Source: Aquificaceae bacterium (lineage in GTDB: Bacteria > Aquificota > Aquificia > Aquificales > Aquificaceae). Taken from it: a stretch of 20,282 bases of DNA. Under the pieces are notes generated by a model. The model was given only the letters and a program-made list of their open reading frames with translations. It was not told where the DNA came from and made no database searches. Position numbers and translations under genes: made by a program. The stretch covers positions 1-20,282 of the forward strand of contig JBEPZX010000021.1 in NCBI GenBank assembly GCA_041640635.1. The letters run 5' to 3'. Positions 1-8,374 of this stretch are shown here, piece by piece; within the stretch, counting starts at the first letter, position 1, and every line of letters starts with the position of its first letter.

Positions 1-141
1 AAACAAATAGAAAGTCTGGACATAACAAACCTGGTCAGAGAAGAAATAAATAAACTAATTTCCGGTGTAGACGCAGTAGAAATAATTAGAGAGGAAACAA
101 GGAAAATACTAAAGGAAAAACTTGAGGAGTTAATAAAGTAA
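1..141 (+). CDS. 3' end of a protein of unknown function (partial, runs off the left edge)
   Basis: Frame 1 is open from base 1 to TAA at 139-141: KQIESLDITNLVREEINKLISGVDAVEIIREETRKILKEKLEELIK*. Amphipathic helical pattern with a repeated (I/V)REE motif. Not in the ORF track because it lacks a start. Confidence 0.7.
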   Translation, partial: KQIESLDITNLVREEINKLISGVDAVEIIREETRKILKEKLEELIK

Positions 142-233
142 GAATGGCTAATAAGCTGGATATATCAGATATAACATTGTAGTATGCGCAAAGCCCGCAA
201 ATCACTGTAGCTTATTTAAAACTCATACTATAC

Positions 234-1949
234 CTACTCTATAGCTCTCTTTTGCTGGATTTGATAGAGTTTTATTATCTCATCCACCGTTGTTGCATCT
301 TCGGCATTTTTGTCAGATCTGATGAAACCTAGAGCTCTGGGAAATCTCAAGGCATACCCCGTATCTTCCATGTCTCTACCAGCCGTATGCAAAGGAGAAC
401 GGGTGATTTCATCGGCGGTTACGGTTATAACATACTTAGGTTCAACCCATACATCTGGCTCTATTAGAGAGTTTACCCTAGCATGTTTGTGTGTAAGCTT
501 TATTTCATCTAGTATGTCTTTAAGATGTGTCCATTCATGTTCCGAAAAACCAGAGCCTACTTTACTAATAGTTTCAAAAGTATCATTGTTTGGATTGTAT
601 ATTGCAACCAACAAAGATCCAATACCTAACTTGGCACGCAAGCCTTTACCATAGAAGTACCCAACTATTACCACATCTATTGTATCTGCTAAAGATCCCT
701 TATAGCTCCTCTTTAGTTTTATCCAGTTGTAGTTTCTAGAACCAGCTACGTATGGTGCATCCAATCGCTTTGCCATTATACCCTCAAGACCTTGCGAAAT
801 AGCCTTTTCAAAAATTTTTTGAATATCTCTAGCCTCTTTGACTATGTTCATTTCCGATGGAATTATTAACCCGTTCGTCAATACCTTTTCCAGAATTTTT
901 CTCCTCTCAATAAAGGGCTTTTGCGTTATATCCTCTCCATTAATGTAAAGCACATCAAAGGTAAATACTTTAAGTGGATATTCCTGCACGTATTTATGTA
1001 TATCGTATTTTCTTTTCCTCTGTATGGTGATTTGGAAGGGATAGAACTCTCCCGTATCTTCATTATAAGTTATGGCTTCTCCTTCAAAAATTATGCTTTC
1101 CACTCTTAAGGTTTTTAAACACTCATCTATAACCTCTGGGAACATATGAGTTACATTCTCAAGGTTTCTTGAGTATATGTGTACTTGGGAGCCATTTTTA
1201 TGAACCTGTATTCTCATACCGTCGTATTTTACTTCTATAGCACACTCACCAAGCCTTTTTATTATCTCTTCAGGAGAAGAAACACGCTCTGCGAGAGCCA
1301 TCCTAACAGGGTATCCTACTTGTATACTGAAGTTTTTTATGGAATCTATACCTTCCAGTAGTAGTTTTTCAGCTACTAAACCTATATCGGAACAAAGATT
1401 ATATGCTCTCTCTATTAATGTTTTATAAGATCTACTTCCTGCAATTAGCGCTAGAGCCTCTATAATGGTGGCATCACCTACCCCTAACCTAAGTTTACCG
1501 TCTACAATCCTAACCACATACTTTGCCTCATTTGGAGAAAGAGCGTTTATCAGACTTATAAATTTCATTAGTTTATCTAATGTACCTCTTGACTTTGCGA
1601 TATCTAAAAGTTCCTTGTAAACTCCTAAAAGATCTAAATTTTTACCTTCTCTCTTAATAAGTTCCTTTGCCGTTTCTCCTAGATCGCCTGTTTTTTTATA
1701 TATAGACGTTACTTCACTTACTTTTACCTTAGTACTCTTGGATAGGGCTTCTATTATAAGTTTTTCCGATATACCAAATTCTAAACCATAAAAGGATGGC
1801 AAAATTTCCCCTAATATCAAATAAACCGCAGCCTTGGCTTCGTCTGGTGAGAGATTCTTTAGAAGTTCGTAGAGAATTTCTGAGAGTTCTATTCTACTTG
1901 AAGTTTCCTCTAGTTTTCTTAAGTAAATTACAAATTCTAAAAATTTCAT
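234..1949 (-). CDS. lig: ATP-dependent DNA ligase, archaeal/eukaryotic LigI-type architecture (DNA-binding, adenylation and OB domains)
   Basis: Motif I EVKYDGMRIQVH (KxDGxR), IIFEGEA, VFTFDVLY, EGIMAK, WIKLKRSY and C-terminal LRFPR. N-terminal helical domain containing KLRLGVGDATI. 571 aa. Confidence 0.95.
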   Translation of the reverse strand: MKFLEFVIYLRKLEETSSRIELSEILYELLKNLSPDEAKAAVYLILGEILPSFYGLEFGISEKLIIEALSKSTKVKVSEVTSIYKKTGDLGETAKELIKREGKNLDLLGVYKELLDIAKSRGTLDKLMKFISLINALSPNEAKYVVRIVDGKLRLGVGDATIIEALALIAGSRSYKTLIERAYNLCSDIGLVAEKLLLEGIDSIKNFSIQVGYPVRMALAERVSSPEEIIKRLGECAIEVKYDGMRIQVHKNGSQVHIYSRNLENVTHMFPEVIDECLKTLRVESIIFEGEAITYNEDTGEFYPFQITIQRKRKYDIHKYVQEYPLKVFTFDVLYINGEDITQKPFIERRKILEKVLTNGLIIPSEMNIVKEARDIQKIFEKAISQGLEGIMAKRLDAPYVAGSRNYNWIKLKRSYKGSLADTIDVVIVGYFYGKGLRAKLGIGSLLVAIYNPNNDTFETISKVGSGFSEHEWTHLKDILDEIKLTHKHARVNSLIEPDVWVEPKYVITVTADEITRSPLHTAGRDMEDTGYALRFPRALGFIRSDKNAEDATTVDEIIKLYQIQQKRAIE

Positions 1950-1969
1950 AAGGAATATTTTAAGGAAAG

Positions 1970-2042
1970 TGGGCTGGGCGGGAGTCGAACCCGCGACCCA
2001 CGGATTAAGAGTCCGTTGCTCTGCCAGCTGAGCTACCAGCCC
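1970..2042 (-). tRNA. tRNA-Lys (anticodon CTT), CCA not encoded
   Basis: Reverse complement GGGCTGGTAGCTCAGCTGGCAGAGCAACGGACTCTTAATCCGTGGGTCGCGGGTTCGACTCCCGCCCAGCCCA. Acceptor stem GGGCTGG/CCAGCCC, anticodon arm ACGGA-CTCTTAA-TCCGT, T-loop GTTCGA, discriminator A followed by CTTT. Confidence 0.97.
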
Positions 2043-2054
2043 TTAAGGTAAATA

Positions 2055-2063
2055 ATTATAACA
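2055..2063 (-). promoter_or_regulatory. Extended -10 promoter element for tRNA-Lys
   Basis: TGTTATAAT (TGn + TATAAT) on the minus strand, 12 nt upstream of the tRNA 5' end. Confidence 0.65.
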
Positions 2064-2075
2064 AACCAAGCTTTT

Positions 2076-2360
2076 CTACTGTAAAAGTAGATACTCTATA
2101 TACAAAACACTTCCATCTTCTGCTAACCCAAAGTTCCTTTCCATCCTGTCTTTTATTCCTTTCTTGTTTTCTATAAATTCTTTTAAAGTCTTGGGCTCAC
2201 CATGGGCTTTGAGCATGTAATCGACTACTCTTCCATTATCGAAAGTAATTTTGACAGGAAGGCAGTAAAATTTGGAATCTTCTCCTACATTGCAACGACT
2301 TATCTCTCCTATTACATCTATCTTTACACTTCTTGCTACTATTTTTACCGTTTTTGCCAT
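2076..2360 (-). CDS. Hypothetical protein, 94 aa
   Basis: Fills the gap between the YyaL-type gene and tRNA-Lys on the same strand. Protein-like composition; TAAAAT 8 nt before the ATG. No recognised motif. Confidence 0.8.
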   Translation of the reverse strand: MAKTVKIVARSVKIDVIGEISRCNVGEDSKFYCLPVKITFDNGRVVDYMLKAHGEPKTLKEFIENKKGIKDRMERNFGLAEDGSVLYIEYLLLQ

Positions 2361-2386
2361 AAGTTTAAATTTTAAACCACTAGCAC

Positions 2387-4327
2387 CTAATCTAAGAGCT
2401 CTAATTGTTCTATACCGTCAAATAATCTACAGTTTTGACCTTCGCAAACCATTATACCTTCTACGTCACCTTTTAAAGTGAACTTAAATGGTCTGTAAAG
2501 TCTCAAAAGCTCTTCATAATACTTACTACTTTCCGCTTTGTAAATACCCTTTGAAAAGGCGTATAAACTTACGAGGTATGAGTGCGATGCCATAGGAACA
2601 TCCTGAATAAACCTAGAAAAAGCTTGCAGAGTTTTTTCTGAAAAGTCCATGTATTTGGATTCACCTGTTATGCTATACAGAAGAAACAAAGCATACGGAG
2701 CTGCACCATTCACGGATTGTGTAGGTGTGTCTTGAATGGGTCTATTTTTTATTGATAAGAGTCCTACGGACTCGTCCTTTGTATCCCAAAAGCCCCAGTT
2801 TTCTTTATCCCAAAATAGGTCTAAAGCTTCATCAAGTAGCCTCTTGCCGATTTCAAGAAACTTACCATCCTGAGTAATTTCATACAGATCCAACAGAGCC
2901 CTTGCAAAGAATACGTAATCTTCAGAAAAACCTTTTATACCATGCGTATGGTACAAATGGTTGTCCACATAAAGCTCTTGTAGAATTCTATTTGCTGTCT
3001 TTTTTGCAAATTCCAAAGCCCATTCATCGCCAAAGACCTTGTAATACTCACAGAAACCAGATATCATTAAACCGTTCCAGCTGGCGTATATGGTCTTATC
3101 TATAAAAGGCTTCTCTCTTTTCTCTCTGTATTGTTTGAGCTTATTCTTAATGGATATTAATGTTTGCCTCACAAAATCCATATCTTTTTTAAGCAAATCG
3201 GCTATTTCCGTATGATCCATGTTCAAATGGATGACATTTTTTCCATTGTGCATGTGACCGTTGGGAGTTATTCCAAAGTAAAGGGAAGCTATTTGTAATT
3301 CCTCTTCATTAAGGATTTGCCTTAGCTCATCGTAAGTAAAAGTGTAGTAGCCACCTTCGTTTAAGTTACCAATATCTGCATCCTGAGAAGCATAGAAACC
3401 ACCTTTTTCGTCTGTAGCTTCTTCTTTATAGTAATCCACTATACCGTTTGCAATGTAGGAATACAAATCTTTAGAAAATATCTTGTAGGCTATACTGTAG
3501 ATTTTAAGTAGCTCAGCATTGTCAAAAAGCATTTTTTCGAAATGCGGCACCAACCAATCCTCGTCAGTAGAGTATCTAAAAAAGCCACCCAAAAGATGGT
3601 CGTATATGCCTCCCTTTGCCATTCCGTCTAGCCATATTTGTATAGCCTCTTTGATAGTTGGTAATTTGGTAAAGTAGTAATGAATTATCAGAAGCTCCAA
3701 AGCACTTGCATGATGGAACTTAGGTGCTCCAGATATACCACCTTTTTGGTAGTCTAAAGAAGAAAGCAGATAAGATATACCTCTTGTGAGTAAATTCTCA
3801 TTTACGTAATCTTTGTAGTTTGCAGAGTTGTAGTTCCTCAAAGTCTCAAATAAGTGTTCTGCAGATCTCTTTATCTTTTCTCTGTCCTCTTTCCATAGAT
3901 TAACAATTCTTAAAAGTAAGTTCTTAAAACCCATTCTCCCCCATCTATCCTCTGGTGGAAAGTAGGTGCCTCCAAAAAAAGCTTTTGCATCTGGCATAAG
4001 GAAAACCGTAAGGGGCCACCCACCACTACCAGTCATAGCCATAACTACTTCTTGGTATCTTCTATCTATGTCTGGTCTTTCGTCCCTGTCTACCTTTATA
4101 GCTACAAAGTTTTCATTTATTATTTTTGTGATTTCTTCGTTTTCGAAGCTTTCGTGAGCCATAACGTGACACCAGTGACACCAAACACCACCTATGGAAA
4201 GGAGTATGGGTTTGTCTTCTTTCTTGGCTTTTTCGAAGGCTTCTTCGCACCACGGATACCAGTCAACTTTTTGGTTGCTAGATTTTAAAAGATACGGACT
4301 TCTTGAGTTTGCTAATCTGTTTGTCAT
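2387..4327 (-). CDS. Thioredoxin domain-containing protein (YyaL/SSP411 family: N-terminal Trx fold plus glycosidase-like alpha-helical barrel)
   Basis: N-terminal NRLA..SPYL...VDWYPW, SIGGVWCHWCHVMAHESF, IKVDRDERPDID, GGWPLTVFL, GGTYFPP, GGIYDH..GGFFRYSTD..WLVPHFEKML and GGFYASQDAD. Confidence 0.93.
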   Translation of the reverse strand: MTNRLANSRSPYLLKSSNQKVDWYPWCEEAFEKAKKEDKPILLSIGGVWCHWCHVMAHESFENEEITKIINENFVAIKVDRDERPDIDRRYQEVVMAMTGSGGWPLTVFLMPDAKAFFGGTYFPPEDRWGRMGFKNLLLRIVNLWKEDREKIKRSAEHLFETLRNYNSANYKDYVNENLLTRGISYLLSSLDYQKGGISGAPKFHHASALELLIIHYYFTKLPTIKEAIQIWLDGMAKGGIYDHLLGGFFRYSTDEDWLVPHFEKMLFDNAELLKIYSIAYKIFSKDLYSYIANGIVDYYKEEATDEKGGFYASQDADIGNLNEGGYYTFTYDELRQILNEEELQIASLYFGITPNGHMHNGKNVIHLNMDHTEIADLLKKDMDFVRQTLISIKNKLKQYREKREKPFIDKTIYASWNGLMISGFCEYYKVFGDEWALEFAKKTANRILQELYVDNHLYHTHGIKGFSEDYVFFARALLDLYEITQDGKFLEIGKRLLDEALDLFWDKENWGFWDTKDESVGLLSIKNRPIQDTPTQSVNGAAPYALFLLYSITGESKYMDFSEKTLQAFSRFIQDVPMASHSYLVSLYAFSKGIYKAESSKYYEELLRLYRPFKFTLKGDVEGIMVCEGQNCRLFDGIEQLELLD

Positions 4328-4345
4328 AACCTTAAAATAACTCAG

Positions 4346-4367
4346 AACTCACTTATGCAAATGAGTT
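4346..4367. promoter_or_regulatory. Inverted repeat between gcvPB and the YyaL-type gene (terminator hairpin or operator)
   Basis: AACTCACTT-ATGC-AAATGAGTT; on the minus strand a 9-bp stem with one G-U pair. Confidence 0.45.
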
Positions 4368-4400
4368 TTATCAATTAGGTCTTTTAAAATTCGACAAAAG

Positions 4401-5846
4401 CTACTTATTACTAAGGTAATTATCTTCCCATCTTACTATAGGATTTCTGTTAGCTTGCGCTTCCTTTATCCTTTTAACAGGAGTTTTAGTTGGTGCTTCT
4501 TTTAGTTCTTGCGCATTTTCCTTAGCTAAGTTTACAATATCTTTCAGAGCTTTTGCGAAGTCTTCTAGAGTTTTAGGGCTTTCTGTTTCTGTAGGTTCTA
4601 TCATCAAAGCCTCTTTGAGTATTAATGGAAAGTAAACAGTGGGCGAATAAAATCCAAAATCTAATAGTTTCTTAGCTACGTCTAAGGCTGTTACTCCATA
4701 TTTGTTCAAGTTAGAAGCTGATAAAACAAACTCGTGCATACATGGAACTTGCTCGTAAGGATCTATAAACAATTCTTTTAGGAGATGTCTCAGGTATCTT
4801 GCATTAAGGACAGCATACTTAGATACCATATCAATCTCTCTACCGTAGGAAAGTATGTAAGCCAAAGCCCTTACCATTACACCAAAATGTCCATAAAAGC
4901 TTAGGAGCTTCCCTATACTTTTGGGTTTATCCCAGTTAAGCAAAAGCTTCCCATCTTTTAGTTCAACTTGGGGCACAGGAAGATAATCAACAAGCTTTTC
5001 AGATACACCTACAGCTCCACCACCTGGACCACCACCGCCGTGAGGTGTAGAGAAGGTTTTATGCAAGTTAAAGTGCATTATATCTACTCCCCAATCCCCA
5101 GGTTTTGCTATCCCTACCAAAGCGTTAAAGTTTGCTCCATCCATATAAAGCAGAGCATCCAACTCGTGAAGAGCTTGAGCAATTTCTTTTATTTTTCTTT
5201 CAAAGATACCAAGCGTATTTGGATTTGTAATCATTAAACATGCTACATCATCAGATAGGTGTTTTTTGAAATCTTCCCAATCAAGTTCTCCATTTTGATC
5301 ACTCTTTATTGTTACGACATCGAAGCCACATATGGCGGCAGAAGCTGGGTTTGTTCCGTGTGCAGAATCGGGAATCAAGACCTTCCTTTTGTTTTTATTT
5401 CCTTTGTCGGTATGATAAGCGTTAACTAACAGCAGTCCTAAAAACTCTCCATGTGCACCTGCAGCTGGTTGAAGACAGACTTCTGCAAAACTTCCTAACT
5501 TCTTTAGTCTCTCCTTTAGTTCATACATTACCCTTAGAGATCCCTGACAATAAGGCTCCGAAGTTAAAGGGTGCACACTCCAAAATTCACTTAGAGATGC
5601 CAACTCTTCATTTATTCTTGGGTTGTATTTCATGCTACACGAACCTAGAGGATAAAAGTTGGTATCTACAGAATAGTTGAGCTTAGAGAGATTGGTAAAG
5701 TGTCTTACCAACTCTAACTCTGAAAGACCTGGAACCTTAATATGCTCTCTTAGCAACTCACCTAGATACTCTTCTAAATTTATCGTATCAACATCTATGG
5801 TAGGAAATTTATATTGAGGTTTAATTCTCTCACCTAATTCAAACAC
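4401..5846 (-). CDS. gcvPB: Glycine dehydrogenase (decarboxylating) subunit 2, glycine cleavage P protein beta
   Basis: SELELVRHFTNLS, FYPLGSCSMKYNP, QPAAGAHGE, PDSAHGTNPASA, PLP-lysine motif HFNLHKTFSTPHGGGGPG and LMIEPTETES. GTG start with GAGGT 6 nt upstream, 1 nt after the dnaN stop. Confidence 0.96.
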   Translation of the reverse strand: MFELGERIKPQYKFPTIDVDTINLEEYLGELLREHIKVPGLSELELVRHFTNLSKLNYSVDTNFYPLGSCSMKYNPRINEELASLSEFWSVHPLTSEPYCQGSLRVMYELKERLKKLGSFAEVCLQPAAGAHGEFLGLLLVNAYHTDKGNKNKRKVLIPDSAHGTNPASAAICGFDVVTIKSDQNGELDWEDFKKHLSDDVACLMITNPNTLGIFERKIKEIAQALHELDALLYMDGANFNALVGIAKPGDWGVDIMHFNLHKTFSTPHGGGGPGGGAVGVSEKLVDYLPVPQVELKDGKLLLNWDKPKSIGKLLSFYGHFGVMVRALAYILSYGREIDMVSKYAVLNARYLRHLLKELFIDPYEQVPCMHEFVLSASNLNKYGVTALDVAKKLLDFGFYSPTVYFPLILKEALMIEPTETESPKTLEDFAKALKDIVNLAKENAQELKEAPTKTPVKRIKEAQANRNPIVRWEDNYLSNK

Positions 5847-5847
5847 A

Positions 5848-6933
5848 TCACAACCTCATAGGCATAATTAAGGATAAGTAGGGATCCTTCTGGAAGTCTT
5901 CTGCATCTATAACCACCGCACTATCCGGATCAATCATTTTTATAAATACCCTGTCTGTCTCAAAACTATCCAAAGCTTCAAGAAGATACTTACCATTAAA
6001 TCCTATCTCTATAGGTTCGTCGGAATACTCAATATCTATTTCATCCCTACCTTCACCATACTCAGGTTCAGAAATTTCAAGTATTAGAAGGTTTGAAGAG
6101 AAAGTCAATTTTACGGGAAATGCAGAAGATTCCGCTATTGCAGATAACCTTTTTATACTACCTATCAAATCGTTTTTGTCTACCAAAGATATATGGTTAA
6201 ACTCCTTGGGAATTACAGAAATATAATCAGGATACTCACCCTCCAATAACCTAACTGAAAGTGTCCAGTCTTCACCTTTGAAATGTGCGAAAGATTCATC
6301 TTTACCTACTTCCACATCACCTAGGTAATCCTTCAAAAGAGCGTATAAAACTTTTAAGCTCTTTCTAGGGACCAATAAATCATATTCAAAAGGTGAACTA
6401 GCTTTATAGAGAGCTAATCTGTGCCCATCGGATCCAACAAAATGAGTTTCCCCATTATTACCATGAATATACATACCTTGGAGAGCATATCTAGAATCTT
6501 CTTTAGATATAGCATACTCAACCTTTTCTATGCTTTTTTTTAGGTCATAGGCTAGCAATGTGGCCTTTACGTCTACTTGTGGAAACTCAGGAAAATCTTC
6601 AGGTTCTACGTTAGTTAGTTTGAAAAGGCTCCTTCCTCCTTTTATATGTAATACCTCATCCTTTAGGCTGAGTTGTACTTCCACAGAACTGATATTTTTA
6701 ATGATGTTTGTTAGCTTATCGGCATTTACTAGCGCTTTACCTTCCTGTTCTACTTGAGCTCTAATGGGAAATGTTAAGTAGTTTTCTAAGTCCGTAGCTT
6801 TTACTATCAGTTTGCTTTTTTCCGTAATTAAGAGGAAATTATTGAGCACTGGCAGGGCTGACTTTTTCTCCGTTGCAGATTTTGCTTTGTTTAAAACTTC
6901 CAAAAACTCTAGTCTGTCTATACTCAAATTCAT
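5848..6933 (-). CDS. dnaN: DNA polymerase III beta sliding clamp
   Basis: ATDLE, EDFPEFP, GSDGHRLA, RLLEGEYPDY, IGFNGKYLLEAL and C-terminal LIMPMRL. 361 aa. Confidence 0.97.
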   Translation of the reverse strand: MNLSIDRLEFLEVLNKAKSATEKKSALPVLNNFLLITEKSKLIVKATDLENYLTFPIRAQVEQEGKALVNADKLTNIIKNISSVEVQLSLKDEVLHIKGGRSLFKLTNVEPEDFPEFPQVDVKATLLAYDLKKSIEKVEYAISKEDSRYALQGMYIHGNNGETHFVGSDGHRLALYKASSPFEYDLLVPRKSLKVLYALLKDYLGDVEVGKDESFAHFKGEDWTLSVRLLEGEYPDYISVIPKEFNHISLVDKNDLIGSIKRLSAIAESSAFPVKLTFSSNLLILEISEPEYGEGRDEIDIEYSDEPIEIGFNGKYLLEALDSFETDRVFIKMIDPDSAVVIDAEDFQKDPYLSLIMPMRL

Positions 6934-6951
6934 AAGATAAAATTATAGCAA
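6934..6951. promoter_or_regulatory. Putative bidirectional promoter for dnaN (-) and accD (+)
   Basis: 18-bp spacer. Plus strand TAAAAT at 6938-6943, 8 nt before the accD ATG; minus strand TGC-TATAAT at 6950-6942, 8 nt before the dnaN ATG. No SD on either strand. Confidence 0.65.
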
Positions 6952-7794
6952 ATGGGATTGTTAGATAAATTTTTAAAGAAAAAAGAACCAAAGGAAAACC
7001 TTTGGACTAAATGTCCAGAGTGCAAGACTATACTCTACATACCTGAGCTCTCTGAAAATTTAAAAGTTTGCCCCAACTGTGGTTATCACTTCCCCGTAAG
7101 TGCAAAGGAAAGGGTCTCTCAAATACTAAATGAGCAAAAGAACGTGCTTTTTGAGAACATACTTCCTTCAGATCCCCTTAACTTTAAAGACTCCAAGCCA
7201 TACAAAGAGAGACTAAAAAAAACCCAAGAAGAAACTCAGCTATCGGAAGCCATTTTAGTGGTAGAAGGTAAAATAGAAGACCTAGAAATAATCTTAACTG
7301 TTATGGACTTTAACTTTATAGGTGGAAGTATGGGATCTGTAGTAGGAGAAAGATTCTACAGAGCTTGTAACGAATGCGTTAAAAAAAATGTGCCTTTGGT
7401 AGCAGTTATCACATCTGGCGGAGCTAGAATGCAAGAAGGACTCATATCGCTCATGCAGATGGCAAAAACCTCCATAGGTGTAGGTCTATTAAATGAAGCA
7501 GGAATACCTTATATATCAGTGCTCACAAATCCCACAATGGGGGGTGTATCAGCAAGCTTTGCTTTTTTGGGTGATATCATAATAGCAGAGCCCCAAGCTT
7601 TGATAGGTTTTGCTGGACCACGCGTTATAGAACAAACTATAAAGCAACAATTACCCGAAAACTTTCAAAAAGCTGAATTCCTTCTCGAAAAAGGTATGAT
7701 AGATATGGTAGTCCATAGAAAGGATTTGAAGAAAACCATAATTCAGATCTTAAAGATGAGTACTTATTGGAGGAGAAATTTTGCTAATATCTGA
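6952..7794 (+). CDS. accD: Acetyl-CoA carboxylase carboxyltransferase beta subunit
   Basis: Zn finger LWTKCPECK...VCPNCGYH, MDFNFIGGSMGSVVGE, SGGARMQEG, PTMGGVSASFA and ALIGFAGPRVIEQT. Confidence 0.97.
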   Translation: MGLLDKFLKKKEPKENLWTKCPECKTILYIPELSENLKVCPNCGYHFPVSAKERVSQILNEQKNVLFENILPSDPLNFKDSKPYKERLKKTQEETQLSEAILVVEGKIEDLEIILTVMDFNFIGGSMGSVVGERFYRACNECVKKNVPLVAVITSGGARMQEGLISLMQMAKTSIGVGLLNEAGIPYISVLTNPTMGGVSASFAFLGDIIIAEPQALIGFAGPRVIEQTIKQQLPENFQKAEFLLEKGMIDMVVHRKDLKKTIIQILKMSTYWRRNFANI

Positions 7795-8374
7795 TCACGA
7801 GCATCCTTTTGCATTGGCCTATAAACTTGTAGAAGAGGGAAAGCTCAATCCATGGGATGTGGACATCGTAATGTTAGCAAATGCATATATTGAAGAGATT
7901 AAAAAAGCGGAACTTCTTGATCTTCGCATACCTGCAAAAGCTATATTGGCAGCATCCTTTCTGTTAAAAAAGAAGATTCAAGTTATATTTCCAGAACCTA
8001 AAAGGAAAATAGAAAGAAAAAAATACACACTTGAGGAGATAATACAACTCTTTGAACAGGAGCACTCTTACGATGAGAATTTGGATAGCCTAAAGCCCTT
8101 AAAGGAAAAGGAAGCAAAGCCGAGAAAATTAACAAAAAATCAAACTTCTAACAAAAAACCAAGAAGACTTATCCCTGTTCACATATCCAAATTTGAAGAT
8201 GCAATGGAAGAGATAATGCAGCTTATTCAAAGAGGTGTAGTAAAGTTCACGTTAAAGGAAGTGGCAAACAAGGGAAGTATAGTACCATACCTTATGGCTC
8301 TTATGGTTCTTTATTACGACGGTAAAATTAGCCTTTATTCGAAGGATAACGATTTAGAGGTTTCTATAGCATGA
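7781..8374 (+). CDS. scpA: Segregation and condensation protein A (SMC kleisin), short form
   Basis: N-terminal kleisin signature LVEEGKLNPWDVDIVMLANAYI and AASFLLKKK. TTG start with strong SD GGAGGAG; overlaps accD by 14 nt. Confidence 0.8.
   Translation: MLISDHEHPFALAYKLVEEGKLNPWDVDIVMLANAYIEEIKKAELLDLRIPAKAILAASFLLKKKIQVIFPEPKRKIERKKYTLEEIIQLFEQEHSYDENLDSLKPLKEKEAKPRKLTKNQTSNKKPRRLIPVHISKFEDAMEEIMQLIQRGVVKFTLKEVANKGSIVPYLMALMVLYYDGKISLYSKDNDLEVSIA

Noticed and set aside
185..197. CGCAAAGCC resembles part of the c-di-GMP-I riboswitch core
   Set aside because: The upstream GGCAAA and GNRA-capped stem are absent, and the site lies between two gene 3' ends rather than in a 5' leader.
142..2042. 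Genomic island integrated at tRNA-Lys carrying lig
   Set aside because: No integrase and no duplicated tRNA 3' end (att site) visible in the window; cannot be excluded beyond the left edge.
2072..2092. TTTTCTACT-GTAAAA-GTAGAT resembles the Cas12a crRNA repeat stem (TCTAC...GTAGA)
   Set aside because: Single copy, overlaps the last codons of the 94-aa ORF, no spacers and no cas genes; likely chance or an ordinary hairpin.
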